Both the position numbers and the translations under genes were made by a program. From positions 40,486,001 to 40,550,000 of the forward strand of contig NC_045699.1 in NCBI RefSeq assembly GCF_009834535.1: DNA of 64,000 nt, in the 5' to 3' direction. Numbering within the stretch: position 1 is the first letter of the stretch; each line of letters begins with the position of its first letter. A model generated the notes under the pieces. The model was given only the letters and a program-made list of their open reading frames with translations, was not told the origin of the DNA and did not search any database. The DNA is from Camelus ferus. Lineage: Eukaryota. Of the stretch, positions 23,031 to 37,150 are shown piece by piece.

Positions 23031-25929
23031 GCCAGGTCCACCAGGTGCAGGAGGGGACTATCCAAACCTATGTGTTTAATCTGAAAAGAAGAAAGAAACT
23101 AAGGGTTTTTTTGTATTTAACGTATGGAATAACAACAGCGCCATCATCCTTCTGAGGGCCGCGTGTGGTTTCCAGGAGTCTCACTCCTTGGTTCATTTTC
23201 AGCGTGTGTGCCCTGGTCAGTAATCTACAGCCGCCACTCTCTGAGAGAGAAGACTCCTGACGCCAGTGTGTAAAGAGAAGGGAATGCTCAGGAAAGCATT
23301 TTGAGCCATGAGGCTTCCCAATTATGTGAAGGCAAACTACTTACAAGAATTGTAGAACTCAAAGAAGAGTTGCACATTTTTCTTTTATAAAATGACAAGT
23401 GTTCCAAGTATGCTGACTTTTTTTTTTTTTTGGTCACGGCAAGGGGCTGACGGAGCAGCTTATCTGGCTGATACTTTTATAAAAATAAACATAGTTAATC
23501 TATCTCTTCAAGGCCAAAGAGCATTTCAACAGTGAGTGAGAGAGAAACTGTGAGGAAACTTGAGCTGTGGCAAGAGCACATTTGAAAATGGGTATTTGTA
23601 AATGTTCCCATTGTGATGTGATTCTGCTATTAAAGCCAATGTCAGATGTGACAACAGGAGAAAAAAAGAATACTATCTTATGTGTAAACTTTAAAACCTT
23701 GGGTAAAAAATATTCTAAAGAGAGTTTCAGTGGGGTTTGTAACCCATTTGTTAAAGATGAATAAGGTCACACCTGTTAATCAGTTTGAAAGAAGGGCTGA
23801 CAGATAACCAGCAAGACGGAAACTTACTAGCCAAATTTCAATGAAAAAACCTTTGTATAATTGGTGAACGGGCCTGGAAACAAGCACAGTGATTTAGCGG
23901 GCACAGCCGACAATGCAACTCCTTCCCCATACACCTACATATCTTGGGTGATACCTTCTCATTTATGACACACTAAAAATAACTGCAGAATTAAACTGAA
24001 ACTCGAGCTGGACCACTGAATCGTCATCACACAGACCCAACTGATTTTTAAAAACATTAAATGTTTTATATATCACAAAGAACTCCAAAATTTATATAGT
24101 TGCAGTAAAAATCAAAGTAATTTTTATCGACAGGACCATCCTCTGTTTAACAGACTCCCCTGTATCTTCAGCCAGCCACTCCAGAGTCAGAGATCTGCAG
24201 TGGGGAGAGAGAAAGCCTGCCCGGCACACTGCGGACCCTGGTTCCCAGTGGGACTGGTGGTGCACAAGAGGGAAAACTGGAAATCCTATCCCAGAAGCGA
24301 GCATGGAGAAAGGTCTGGAACTCTGCTAAAGACTGCTGTGGAAATCAAGCGTAATTGCTTCAGCAGACAAGTATACGTGTCACAACTTCAGTGGAACTTG
24401 GGAGAGGCTGTGACTCATATTTTTATTCTCCAGCATCTCATATGATGGGTTTAGATGCTGGGTACACCACAAATGCTGTTGACAAAAGTAATGACTTTTC
24501 GGTGAAAAAACTGTATCTTTTCAGCAGTGTATCAGTGGGGTCCCTTTCTACTAATGCAACACAAAAATCATCATTCTTATCATTGATAATGTGTTCTGAT
24601 ACAGTATCTACAATGGTCAGCCACTAGGAAGTGGAAAAATGACTAATTAGTATCAATTATAAAAAGCCTCTGTTAAATATAGTACAGTGGAAAACTACGA
24701 GACAGTGTTCTGAGCCCCAGAAGACACCCACTTTCAATGTGTTAGAGTGATCTGCTTCACACCCCATGTATTAATATTTGGTTTAGCTGCTAAAATCACT
24801 AAACATCTTGTTCTTAATATTGTGTCTGTAAAAATGCCCATGTGAGAAAACAGAACTGGTTATAGAGAGATTACATCTTACACGATCACAGAAACACTGT
24901 TTCTGCTTTTGTGAAATCTTACCTGAAAAGCAAATTTCTCTGAACATGAGTTAGGTACAAGCAATAACTAACGGTGAATATTTTTATGTATTCATATACC
25001 TTGACTTCAATTTCTCTGCAATGTCGGGGTCTCATGTGACCTAAACTAGTTGTAGGCAATTGCCCTCGCCAGCTTGCCTCTCAGAACACATTAACTAGAG
25101 GAAGAATCCTCCACTGGCTCGAGACCACGTGCCTTTCTCACCTGAGGTGCCTCCGCTCCGGGTAACTGAGGATATAGCACATGTAGGTCAAAGACATCCT
25201 TTGCAATGATTGAAACCCACCCCCAACCTCAGCAGCATTTAGAGCATTCCCTCCCTCTCGCCCTCCCTCCACTGCTTTTCTGTTTTTCAATATGGGGCAC
25301 AAAAAGCTGAATTTTAGTAAGACAAAACTCTCATGATCCTTAAGGTTCTCCATGCAGTATTGTCACATATAAGTGTTCTACTCTTTTTGTCTTTTGCTCC
25401 CTTCTTGCTGATTCATGAGAGAGAGGAGTTGGGAAAGGAACAAAGTAAATCCAGGCTGGGCTTCACCTACCAGGACATTTTATTTTTCCTTAAACCCTGA
25501 CGTCCAATAACAAAGCTCTGGCTCTAATTACTCACAACGTTACTTGGTTTGAAAGCAATGATGCAGACTAGATGGCCCGCTCTGCAGAGCTGTGTGTACT
25601 ACACTGAGGTGCTGCACTAGGGCGAGGAGGAAATGGGTGTGGTACGCCTGGAAGAAGATGTAGGCAGGAGATGCCTAGAACCAAAGTCCATGGTAACAAA
25701 ACATGTTACCTGGTAGATAAGAAACCACAGCATCCATAAAGTCACTATTAAAATGCATATTTAGAAAAGCACCAAGGAAACCCCCAAAAACGTGATCTTG
25801 GAAGTACTCAAGTCTATGGTAACAGGTATCATCTGAACCCCCTCTTAGTAAGCCTAACTGAATGCATACTTCCCAGCCCTTCTGGACTGTTTTTCATCTG
25901 ATATGAGTCTCCTGTCATTTACAGGGTAT

Positions 25930-26530
25930 GCTGTAGGAAATACTTTATTCTGTTTACTACTAAGCACCTGCTTGTTTCCATCACTGTGATAGGCACTTTA
26001 GGAGAGACATAGATGCAACTGGTTAGAGAGAGACAACTGCAAAGACAAGTAATCAAAGGAAGGAACCTGAAGAAGAATTTGGACCAGGCAAGGCTCAGCT
26101 AAGAGGCAGCCCTCAAATGCACGTTCTGGGGAAATACACAGACCCTTCTGGGAGCCCGGAGCCAACGGGGCAGTGGGAACTGAACCCCCACCCCCCACCC
26201 CCCCCCGCCTGCTGCTGGCCAGACACACAGCGTCTACTTTTTCCCATGCCCCACGAAGGCACGGCCTGGACAGGGGCAGGCCTCCAAGAAAGGCACCAGT
26301 GGACCAGCCCAGAGAAATGTCTCTTCTTTGCCTCCAAGTAGCATTCACAGCACTTGTTACACAATTTAACAGCTAATTGTATACTGTCTTGTGCTGTTCT
26401 TGCTTTATTTTGTATTTTAAAATATCATCTCCCTAGCTAGCTGTTCCCTGAGTGGTCTGTCTCTCCCTTGGATGATGAGATTCCTTCGAGGGCTCCCTTA
26501 GTTGGTTCTGAATGCCTGTTTCAGGTAACT
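25930..26530. mobile_element. Two L2 fragments in opposite orientation (25930-26120 minus; 26340-26530 plus)
   Basis: ctaagcacctgcttgtttccatcactgtgataggcact (antisense L2) and gtctgtctctcccttggatgatgagattccttcgagggc (sense L2 3' end). Confidence 0.5.
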
Positions 26531-28212
26531 GTTCGGATCAGAAATACAGAGTAACAACCGTGGTTGGTGCCTTTAGACGAAATTCCCCAGGGTGTGGGGT
26601 CAAGACTTGTCACTGTTTTCTAGGGTTTTCTGGTTCCCACCTTTACGCTTAGCCGCAAATGGACATGAAGCCATTCTTGAAAACATCAATGTGTATCCCA
26701 GGCTTCAAGTTCAGTTTCCACTTCCTCAGAGGCTCCTGCTGAGGAAAAGTTGAGAATGGAGACGTTCTTCTGAGGATCTCTCTTAGATGAGATAACAACG
26801 GCTTTGAAGAGCCAGGAAGCGAGAGCCTTTTCCTCTTTAGGCAGTGAGTCTGGTTGTCCACACAACTATTTTTAATCCTGCACTCTACTGCTAAGGAGGC
26901 AATTTGCTCAATAAGGCAAATTGCAAACGTTTTATGTAAATCCTACAGTTACCACCCTTTCTTTTGTAGAAACAGGCTCCACACAAGGAGAAGCTGATCC
27001 AATAGTTAAAGTATGAAAGAGTTGGCTGTTGTAGAAAAAATATTTTCTTCCTACATCTAGGCAAAGGCAGTGTCCAAAATTCCTACAGTCTGATCAAATT
27101 AAAACCACATGGAAAATGGTGTTGAGCTGGGTTTTTTTCTTTTTATTTTTTTAAGACAGAGAAAAATATTTTACAATATGTAACAATATATTTAGAAATT
27201 GGGTATTATATACCAATGAGTAGTATCAGTTTTTGAAATTGAGTGTCAAAATTCTCTATGTTAAAACATTAAGTAATGACAGTTGTGCAATAACGACTTA
27301 GTGTCACTACAACTACACGTCTGTAACTGCTGAAAGACTGAGATTTTTGTCTTAGCTCTCAAACGCACAGCAGGTGAGTTTTTACGGAAGGAGCTTGACT
27401 ATATTATTTTTCACTTCCTCATCTTCTCAGTAGTTTACAACCATTTTGCGGAAACACTATGAGAGATGAATTATGACCCACATTATGAACTGTTAAATAT
27501 AAGTGGTGTATTGCTTTTTTACACAATTGTTAAGTCCGTGATTCTCAGTATATACGATTTTATGCCTTTAGGCCAATTACAATCACAATTTCATGGCTTA
27601 GATGGGTTTTGGTACAGAATTTTTAAAATTGGGGACTGTTCTTTCAAATACACTATGACTTTACTCTATTTTTGTTTTTAACAGACTGCTGCAAAGATCT
27701 ACATCACAACCTGCAACGCTGGTTGATTTCAGTAAGAACTGCAAACCTGCCTGTGAGAACAGAGCCTGGCTCACATTTGTTTAAAATGTCCTGAGGCAAT
27801 CTGATTCCTGGCACAGATCCTGGCAGGAGAAGGAGCCGTCTGCAGGTACTGGAAAGGTAGTCACTTCTGGCATTTGGTGGGAACAGTAGATCTACTTTTA
27901 GGTCCTGGAACTGATTGGAGTTTTCAGAGAACTACATTGGCAACTTCTGTCATGGTTTTGGTTACTTGAGTTACTACAGACTAGCAAAATAACACATTAC
28001 TGGGTGACAACACAGTTACAACGCTCATTACTAACTTCAGACTAGAAGTGACTAGTGAGATGAAATCTAATACTTTAAATCAACAGATTTAAGTACTGGG
28101 ATAGGAGTATAACTTCCATAGTGTCATTCTGAACCAAAGAAGAGAAAATTTTTTGTAGTATAAAATTATGTATAACCACGTACAGTAAGGACAGAAAAAC
28201 GTCTCTCTTTGA

Positions 28213-28440
28213 CTTACTGTGTGCTAGGCAGACAAAGTTCTAAGTACCTGAACACAGGATATGCACTTAATCTTTACAACAACCACAGAAGATCGCTATT
28301 ATCCTTAGCCCTATTCATTGGGTTGGGGCGAGGGAACTTTTAAATAACTTGCCCAAGATCACTTTGGCTTATAAATGGCAGAGTCGAGATGCAACCCCAT
28401 AAGGCTGGTTCCAGAATGCTTGCATAACAATGATACACTA
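28213..28440 (-). mobile_element. MIR SINE
   Basis: ttactgtgtgctaggca..ttaatctttacaacaacc..aataacttgcccaagatcac..aaatggcagagtc (antisense MIR). Confidence 0.8.
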
Positions 28441-29339
28441 ATAATGGAGACACGAGCAGAAGTTCTTATCTATGTAATTTAGATAAAGAAGCTGAAGACA
28501 GCAATTTTAAGTTACTGGTATAGTGGAAATGTTTCCAAAAGAGATTGCAAAATAGGCTTCCTGTAAGATGAGTTTAAGGTATTAAGGGGGGGAAAAAAAG
28601 AAAGAAAACGGAGATCCAAACATTCAGTATTATAAATTTATGGCCAAAATAACTAATCAGAGCTATATCTGGGGAACTATGTTTGATGACATGGGATTGG
28701 CTAGAAGCCACCAGGTGAAGAAAATTAGGCCTGCAAACCTTTTCCTATATTCTTCTTCAAAATTCCCTCATTTCCTGATTTCTACAGTTATGGAGACCTC
28801 CAGGAACCATCAAAGCTCTCTCTTCTAACTCGAAGGGTTTCCAATATTTCTGGAGTGTCCCCTGACTATACTACTTGGTAAAATTCTTGATGTTAGTGAG
28901 AACAGGAAAGTGATAGGGTTTCTTTTTTTTTTTTTTCCCCTAAGAAAATATTCCTTAGAGCAGAATAAAATGCCATTGTTTAGGCAATGTTGTTTGGTTT
29001 GAAATAATTTCTTTCATTTCTTCTTTTAAATTATATACTGGATCTCTAGGCAGAAAAATCAAGCCAGGTTCAAGGGAAAAAAAATCTTACTGACCTCAGT
29101 CTTCTCCACAGTAATTACCAATGCCAGAAAACACGAGAGAAATGTCTACAAAGTTAAGAGGGAACTCAACAGGGATTCTCAGCAGAAAAGAACGCAGGGA
29201 ATATAATGCCCATTTGAAATAATAAAAATAATAATACAAATAGTAAACAATAAAATAAAAACAAAACCTGAAACAATAAAAACAAAACTACAAGATGTTT
29301 AAATTCGGTCAACTTGAGAGAAGAACTAGTAGTAAATTC

Positions 29340-30185
29340 TACATCTATTAAACCTACCACTGAAACTAAATTGTGGAATTTATGTTTATAGAACGTACTG
29401 TGAATATTACTAAGCTTGACAATGTAAAAATAATACTATAACCGTAACATATTGAAAGATGGGGGAAGGAGGAGTAGGACACAGACGTTTTCTGATTTCC
29501 TATCTTTCACAGTATCAAGTAAATAGATGAGGCCTACATTAAAAGCAGTTTCAAAAACTCTAATGGTTTCAAAATTGTGTATCTATAGTCTTCCACTTTT
29601 AGTTGTAGGAGGAACTATTAGGAACTAATTTCCTTTGTGAAAAAATGTGTATCAGAAATTCAGTGACTTTTTTTTTTCAGCGTCTCCTAACTTCTTCCTA
29701 CAACTTCGTAGTTGAATAAAACTAAGTAATTATCAATGTATTATTTACATAGAAATACATGATAATGTTAATTAGTCTAAAATGATGTTCACCAAACGCT
29801 GACGACAGCTGTTTCTCAAGGGTGGGATTCTGAATGTCTTTTTAAAGTTGCTTCTTCATAGTGATTGACTTTTAAAAAATAGCAGTGTATAATTTTTCAA
29901 AAGAGGAATAAAATTATTATTCTAAAAAAAGCATCAAAATGACTTCTAAATATATTAATTGATGTGGAAAGATGCTAAACTATAATCTTGGAACTAAAAG
30001 GTAGATTGTAAAATAGTGAAATGCCGTTTTTATCTTTAAAATCTATAATGTGTAAAATAAATTAATACCGAAAAATAGGGGATAAGATTAAGGATGGTTA
30101 ATTTCTATACTGACCTTTATCAGCATTTTCTGATTTGTCTACAAGGGACAATGTTACTCATGCAATTTAATATAAATAAATGTAT
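29340..30185 (+). mobile_element. Old L1 (L1MC/L1ME) 3' fragments
   Basis: tatattaattgatgtggaaagatgct..aaaaggtagattgtaaaatagt..ttttctgatttgtctacaagggacaatgttactcatgcaat is L1ME-like 3' end. Confidence 0.55.
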
Positions 30186-32554
30186 ATATTCGAAATAGTA
30201 ACCCAACAATTTTCACTGGGGAATAGCTAAAAATTTTGATGGATATTCTGAAGCACTTGGGACTCTAATGAGGTGGGGGAACCCCTAATGTGAAAGAGCG
30301 TTTTCATCTCTGAGAGCTGACTCTTCCTAAGAGATGTGTGGGCTGAACTTAAATGGAGCCTTCTTTACCACCATCATCTTTAGGATCCATACTGGCTGGG
30401 TTGGAAACCAACCCCCCGCAACCTTCTCTCTCCTTTCTTGCTCCACAACTTCCATTTCTGATTCTCAGGTTCTGTCCCTCTTCCCCAAGGCCTCCTGGTC
30501 GACAACGCTGCATTATGAGCAGGTGAATAGTCCAAGCTCTTTCTGAGCTCTCTGTTAATCCAAACTGCAAGTCAGATTTGACTGTTTAAGACCAGAAAGC
30601 CTCATCAAGAGTCTTGATTTGGAAAGTAAAATGAAATGGTTGTTCGAATACTGCTTTATTTGAGACAATCCTCCATTAGCTCTTTTGGGACTAAGATGAT
30701 TAAGGAAGGACTGACAGGATAATTTCTGAATGGACTGAAATCTGCTCTCCGTGAATCATTACACCTCTCAACTTTATCCTGAAGGCCTGTGAGCTAAAAG
30801 GTACCCAAAGTCCTGGCTGACCATATGGGAGAAAAAGGGGTGAGGAATCTGACACTTCCAAATTATAGCCTTCACACTCAGGACAAACTCTGCTTATTAG
30901 GATTCATCACTTGATTTGATTTTAAATACAGGTTTCCTAAAAAAGGTCACGTTTCACTTTCCAGCACATGCTGCCCCACAGTTACTGAAATCATCCTGGG
31001 ATTGCCAGGGGTGGCAGGGGACTCACGTGTTGCCTGGCCTGAAGCATCTCTTGTGCCACAACTGAGAGTTGGCTCTACTTTACTTGGAGAAAACATCTGA
31101 TTAGATTTGGGTATGGCCATAGTTTTCTATATAGGAATAACTACCTTAACTCCACAAAGTAGATTAAAAAAACCTGAATGTATCCTCACCTTTCTGATAA
31201 AAAGTGTTGAATACACAAGAACTATGTATGTAATTAGAACATTAACCAAAAGATGCCTTCCCTAATCCTCTAGCATGCCTGTGCCCAATTTATGATTGCA
31301 GAGGGCTTTGTTTTTTAATGCAACAGAGATTTCTAAGAGAGCCAAGTTCAACTTTTGATGGTCTGTTTTATTTTCTTCACCAGCAACTGGAGAGTATAAC
31401 CTTTCCAAATGGCTCAGTGACTCATCTTTAATTCATTTTTCCTGTCTGGGAACCTGGACATTTTTCTCTGCAGATGCTCAAGAAGCACACGTATCATTTT
31501 TTAAAGAAAATGTTACAGTTCTTCCTCTGCCATTCTGGATACCCAATGTGCTTAGTAAATGGTTGACTGAATAATGAGTTTTTAAAAATACATAATCCAG
31601 TGATATGAAAGAATTCATGTTACTTCTAAATAGAACAGTTCCTTCTTTAAAAAAAATGAATGGATTAGCATGTAGGTAGGTGTAAATTCTTATCTCTGTT
31701 CTCATCCTTGGATTGAGTGTTTGGTGCAGATGTGTGCAGTTCATTTCATTGTGTTTTATAACACAGATTTCATGTAGAGTCTTATGTCTGAATCAAATAT
31801 TTTAAAACAAACCAAAAAAGTGAATGGGTGAGTGATCAGGCTTCCATTATTAATGTTCGTGTCTAGGTCATGTCCGTGAGCCAGTCTCCAGGGAGAGGTG
31901 AGACAAGATGATTTACTCATGGACTCTGAGCTGGCAGGGGCAGTTCCTTTATCTTTGAGCCCAAGGTCACAATCAGACTCTTCCTTTCCTTTCAGGGACA
32001 GCACTGGGGTGGGGGGTGGGGGGGCACAAGGGAGCAGGCAGGGAAGGCAGAGCAGTCTTGGCTACTCCGGAGCACTACAAAAGGCGTATCGGCTGTGCTC
32101 TGGTGAGACACGGGCGGGCGGGAGGGATATCACTCCTGCAGTGGCTGCTGAGCCCCAACCCGGCACCCATGCACCAACCAGATCATCATGCCTCATACGC
32201 TCGTGTTTTTAGAATACTCAGACCAACCAAAATGGACTGAAGCACAGTCATGCACACACACAATTTTCAATCATATTTTCTGCCCCCTATGGGAGTTTAT
32301 GCTGACGTATAAAAGAAAAACATCTCGGTACACATAACACATATATTAGAGAACCTTTCTTAACTGCTTTCTGGTGAGAGGCTGGCGTTAAAAATAGACA
32401 TTGGAAGGGTTTAAATAAAAAATTATCCAGCATCTCATACTAAAGTCAAATTTTGCATTGACATTTCCTGCAAGGGCAAATGGGAGGAAAAAATCCCAAA
32501 GCTTTCAGCATATATTTAAAACATCATGGCCACAGAGAAATGATTGGCAATAGA

Positions 32555-32790
32555 ACAATCATCATTGTGCAATTTTCCCACAATAAGTTGGGCAAAATCA
32601 CTGCCATTTGGTAGAAATGTTCCTTTTAGGTATATTTCTCAGAGTAGCCATTATATTTTATCTTACTCTAATGTTCTTTTGCCCTCCTTGCCTATGACTT
32701 TAGTTGCATTCTAGAATTTTCATTTAAAAGGAATCTATAGTAATCATTATTTATCATTTTGTTTCAGATATGTGAAGGGTTATTATACCC
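32555..32790 (-). mobile_element. Old L1 (L1ME-like) fragment
   Basis: ttccttttaggtatatttctcagagtag antisense L1M motif. Confidence 0.45.
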
Positions 32791-34649
32791 AAATATTAAT
32801 AGTAATTAAACACGTAAGAAAAATGAGTAAAACAAACCATATGTGAATTATGCCAGCTTTTAGAAAGACAGTTCTAGAAAGCTGGTAAAAGTCCTTTGAC
32901 ACATTACCTTCATGACAAGAATGACTCTGATTAGACACCACCCTTAACACAGAGACTGCATTTTTTAAAAACAAGGAGAAACTGAGGCAGAGGCAAATTC
33001 TTACCAGGGATGCCCAGTAGCTCCTTAGTGAGGTAAGGAATTCTATTCTGTGTTTTAAAGCTGGGAGTGCTCTCTACTGTCCCAAACCAGGGCTTCAGTT
33101 GTGTTATTTGAGAAGTTCTGTATGATATATGCAAAATCATTAAAAACGAGAACAGCCTGTTTACTCACCTGCAGGTGTATGGCTTAGAAATTATTCAGTG
33201 ACTGATTGACCTGGGAGCTTCATTTTCAGTACATCACACCCTCCTAGGGGGACTTCCATGCCACAGGGAATGACATGAAGCTCAGCTCCTTGACTATGAT
33301 TCACCAGGACAGACAGACAGACATACCACAAATCAGCAAGGGAGCTGCAGCATCTCCCAGCCCCCAGCCCAGCTTCTAGGTCTAACCTCCCCTGTTCTGA
33401 GGGGGCAGGGGAGTGTCTGCTGCTAACCTTGAATTGGGATGGGAGCTGCAACCAAACTCCAGTGCTCTAACCAAGGTGAGGAAAGCTGGATTGAAACTGT
33501 CGAACGGGTCCCCTCTTCGTGGCCTGATCAGTCCCCACAGCACAGTATAAGGGCACAGACTCAACAGACAACACTCCTTGGCTAAGAAAATGAACCCAGT
33601 TTTCATTAAAAGCAGTTTAGACCTGCTACTGGGTGAAATGTAGAAAGAAACCTGATTAATACATGGGGATGGAAAAAGCCTTGTTTTAGAGAAGAGATTT
33701 TTCTTAATTCTGATTTCTGTTTGCAGGTTTTGAAGACGTTTCATTGAAGACCGCCTAGGGAGATAGAAAAGTTGAGAGATGCGTGTTGTCGTGCTTATAT
33801 GTGCCTTACGAGGCTGGGGATGCTGGGACACAGAGACATTTGCCTGGTTCCCCACGTGCTGCTGACCTGTGGGCCCTGAGATTCTCTCAGTCTTGGCAGG
33901 ACAGTCCCCTACAGCCTTGGAGACCTCCAGGTATGTGTCCCAACCAAGGTGAGCTGGCGTTCATGCCCCTGGGATACTCGGATGAGTATATGCATCTTTT
34001 TGCAAGGCTCCAATGGATACGTGTACCTTCTGCCAGGCTCCTAGAATTCTCCATGTAACCTCAATACAAAGATTCCCATCCATCACGAGAGGTACCACAG
34101 TGACCCACAATTTCTACTACACAGCAATGCCTAGGGTATAAAAGGGAACACCCACCTCAAGTGTCTGTGATAGCCTGTTACCCAGCGGCTTATGGGGTAC
34201 AACTGGCCCCCTTAAGCTGCCACCTGCCAGAAAACAATGAAAGATACCACAGGCTTCACCTCTAAAATAATGACCCCACTCCTGGGTCACAAGATGAGAC
34301 CAAGGCAAAGTGCAGGAGGCAGTAAGACGACTCCTCATCCTCGTCCTCAACCACCCCACCCACTCTGACCTTTCCCCCTTTAAAATAAAAGTCTAGGGGG
34401 GAAAAAAGATCCATTCAACTGACTGAATGGATGTTTCTTTTATTCTTCATATTATTTTCCCAGGGACATATACGTTTAGACCAGAGGCAAACACCTAGAA
34501 ATAATATAAACCAGCAGAATAAACTCTAATTGGGAGATTTCAGGTTTCAGCTGCTGAGGGCACCATGGATCCCTCAATTCTGCAAATCAGAAGTTGTAGG
34601 AAGAAATTAAAAATGGAAGATGAGAATGAGAATCTCAGTACACCACCTG

Positions 34650-34840
34650 CTCTCCGTGGTGCCCTCACACAAGTCATTTAACAACTCTGAATCTGCCTAC
34701 TTTCAATCTATAAAACAAAATTAGAAATCTCTCTAAGAACGATTTTTACCTACCTCCTCATGAAACTACAAGGTTAAGTGAGAGCCCACAGATGCAAGCG
34801 TTGCTGCACTGCAACGTGCTACTCGAGCACCACATTATTT
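34650..34840 (+). mobile_element. MIR SINE
   Basis: acaagtcatttaacaactctgaatctgcctactttcaatctataaaa..tacctacctcctcatgaaact..aggttaagtgag. Confidence 0.7.
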
Positions 34841-35587
34841 TTTAGCGATTCAAGGCTGTGACTGGTTGGGATGAAAACTCAAAGAACAAAAGATTTTAAA
34901 TCAGTCCATTTTACATTAGTTCTTGGTTCCACTTCTTGCCAGAAAATCCAGAATTATACTGAATTTCACTTCCCCTGGTAATGTCTACTGTCTGCTCCTT
35001 GTAGTAAGTCAGCAGCAAGTATCAGAAGCAACTGTGGAATCTAAGCTGGGGTCAGACCTTCCTGTTTCAACAAAATTCCCTGGTGGTGAATCTCATTATA
35101 AACTTGAGACGGAATCATGGAAATTCCTTACAATCCATCTGGCATCAAGGAAGAGATGCAGATTAAATTGGTAAACACACAGAGAACACATTAGAAAACC
35201 TACTGAATTCCTCTGTGGACATTATTTTAAAAAGCAGCTTCATCTGAGCAGGGGTTATGTCCTCACATGAACCCCTAAAGTTACTCAAGGGAAATAATTC
35301 CAAGTTCACCACATAATTGTAAGGCTTGCATCCGCCCTCTGCAGCAGCCCTTCCCTCACAGTCTCATGGCCATCTCTTCATAATCAGAAAGACGACCTCC
35401 TACCCAGAAACACTGAAAGAAGCAAATATCTTAACCGAAAATATTTACAAGGTATAAGCTATCTGGAATGGACGAACAGTGATGGGTTTGGGAAGTTACG
35501 CTGCTAGAGAGAGTGTTTCCTCGGAGGGTCCAGCCCTGGGAGACCCTGGATCAGAAGGGTCTAGGCTCATGCAGACAAAAAGATCCC

Positions 35588-35626
35588 AAACACAACACTG
35601 TACATCAACTATACTTCCATTAAAAA
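35588..35626 (+). mobile_element. Extremely 5'-truncated L1 tail
   Basis: aaacacaacactgtacatcaactatacttccattaaaaa = terminal ~40 nt of the same L1 family as 35928-36358. Confidence 0.7.
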
Positions 35627-35927
35627 GAGAGAGAATGTTATTACCCACTGGAGAAAGAGCTGCCTGCCTCGAGTGGGAGCTATGCTACAGCAGCTCAAAG
35701 AGAGACATGGCCGAGGGAAACGACAGACGGGCAGAGGCGGGAAAGGAGGCTGGTGCTCTAGGTGAGCGCTGCAGCCATGGCACCTTCCTTTGGGAAATGA
35801 GGCACAATCACGATGTGCTCAAAGACCTGAAGAAGGTCACGTACCAGGAGTCCTGAGGCAAAACGCAGCTCACCAACATACTGTTTGACCCCTGCTGATC
35901 TGCAGAATATTATTAAAAATATATTGA

Positions 35928-36358
35928 CAGCCATAAAAAAAAAGAATGAGATATTGCCATTTACAGCAACACGGATGGACCTAGAGAATATTATACAAAG
36001 TGCAGTAGTCAGACAGAGAAAGACAAACACTGTATGATATCACTTATATGTGGAATCTAAAAATAATACAAATGAATCTGTATATAAAACAGAAACAGAT
36101 TCACAGACAGAAAACAAACTTATGGTTACCAGAGGGAGAGGGAAACAAATTAGGAGTATGGGATTAACAGATATACAAACTACAATACATAAAATAAACG
36201 AGCAACAAGGATTTACTATATAGCACAGGGAACTATATTCAATATTTTATAATCACTTATAATGGAATATAATCTGAAAAAAAAATAACTGAATCACTTT
36301 GCTGTACACCTGAAACTAACACAATACTATAAATCAACTATACTTCAATTAAAAAAAA
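35928..36358 (+). mobile_element. Cetartiodactyl-type L1, 5'-truncated (end of ORF2 + 3' UTR + A tail)
   Basis: cagccataaaaaaaagaatgagatattgccatttacagcaacacggatggacctagag..tatagcacagggaactatattcaat..tgaatcactttgctgtacacctgaaactaacacaatactataaatcaactatacttcaattaaaaaaaa. Confidence 0.92.
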
Positions 36359-37049
36359 GTTGTAATAGCTCCCAATATTAAAAATTAGGACATTTCATAT
36401 AAAAATTGTGATTTCTGCCTTCTCTTGAAAATTCAGGAGACATGTGACAAGTCAGGGCCCTCAATTCCAGAGGCAAAGCTGCCTGAAGCCGGGTTGCAGC
36501 CACCCCTACGATGGACACATGCCCCTCGTCTGCTGCGATCTCCTCAGTCCCTCTCGCCCTGCTGCCCTGTTCACGTAGTTCACCCACGGACATGCAGGGG
36601 TTTGAGCTGTTTCTCCCAGCTAGAAGAACAAGCTGCTAGAGACAGGCTGACTATGACAGAAAAGAGGAGGACTAAAGCGGTGATATCTGTGTAATGGACC
36701 CAAAGCAGTGTGGGCGATGCTGGGTGGCCAAGGAGAAGACCATATCTAAAGGTGAGACGTAGACAGACAATGAGTTAGGAGGGCAAGGCAGTCACTGAGG
36801 GGGGCAGGGAGATGGCTGGGCTGTTTATCATCTTATTTTCTCCTTTAAATGGGGACAAAATGCAGCAGAGATGCACGCGTCCCTTTCAGCCCAAATACAG
36901 GGACTAAGGCTCTCCCCCTGGTTGGTCTCCTGTGGACAGCAGCACCCTTATGGCCTAATGTGAATAGCATGGCCACCAGGCTCTAGAATTAGTAAAGCAC
37001 TCTTACATGTATTTTCCTTCACTTACCTCTGAACCACAATTTTGCAAGC

Positions 37050-37150
37050 TAGACTAGGCAAATGGTATTATTGTGTGTCACAGATGGGGAAACTGAGGCC
37101 TGGGAACTTTGATGGAATTCAGACCAGGCTTTTGTCAACACAACCCACAG
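37050..37150 (-). mobile_element. MIR fragment
   Basis: cacagatggggaaactgaggcct core. Confidence 0.7.
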
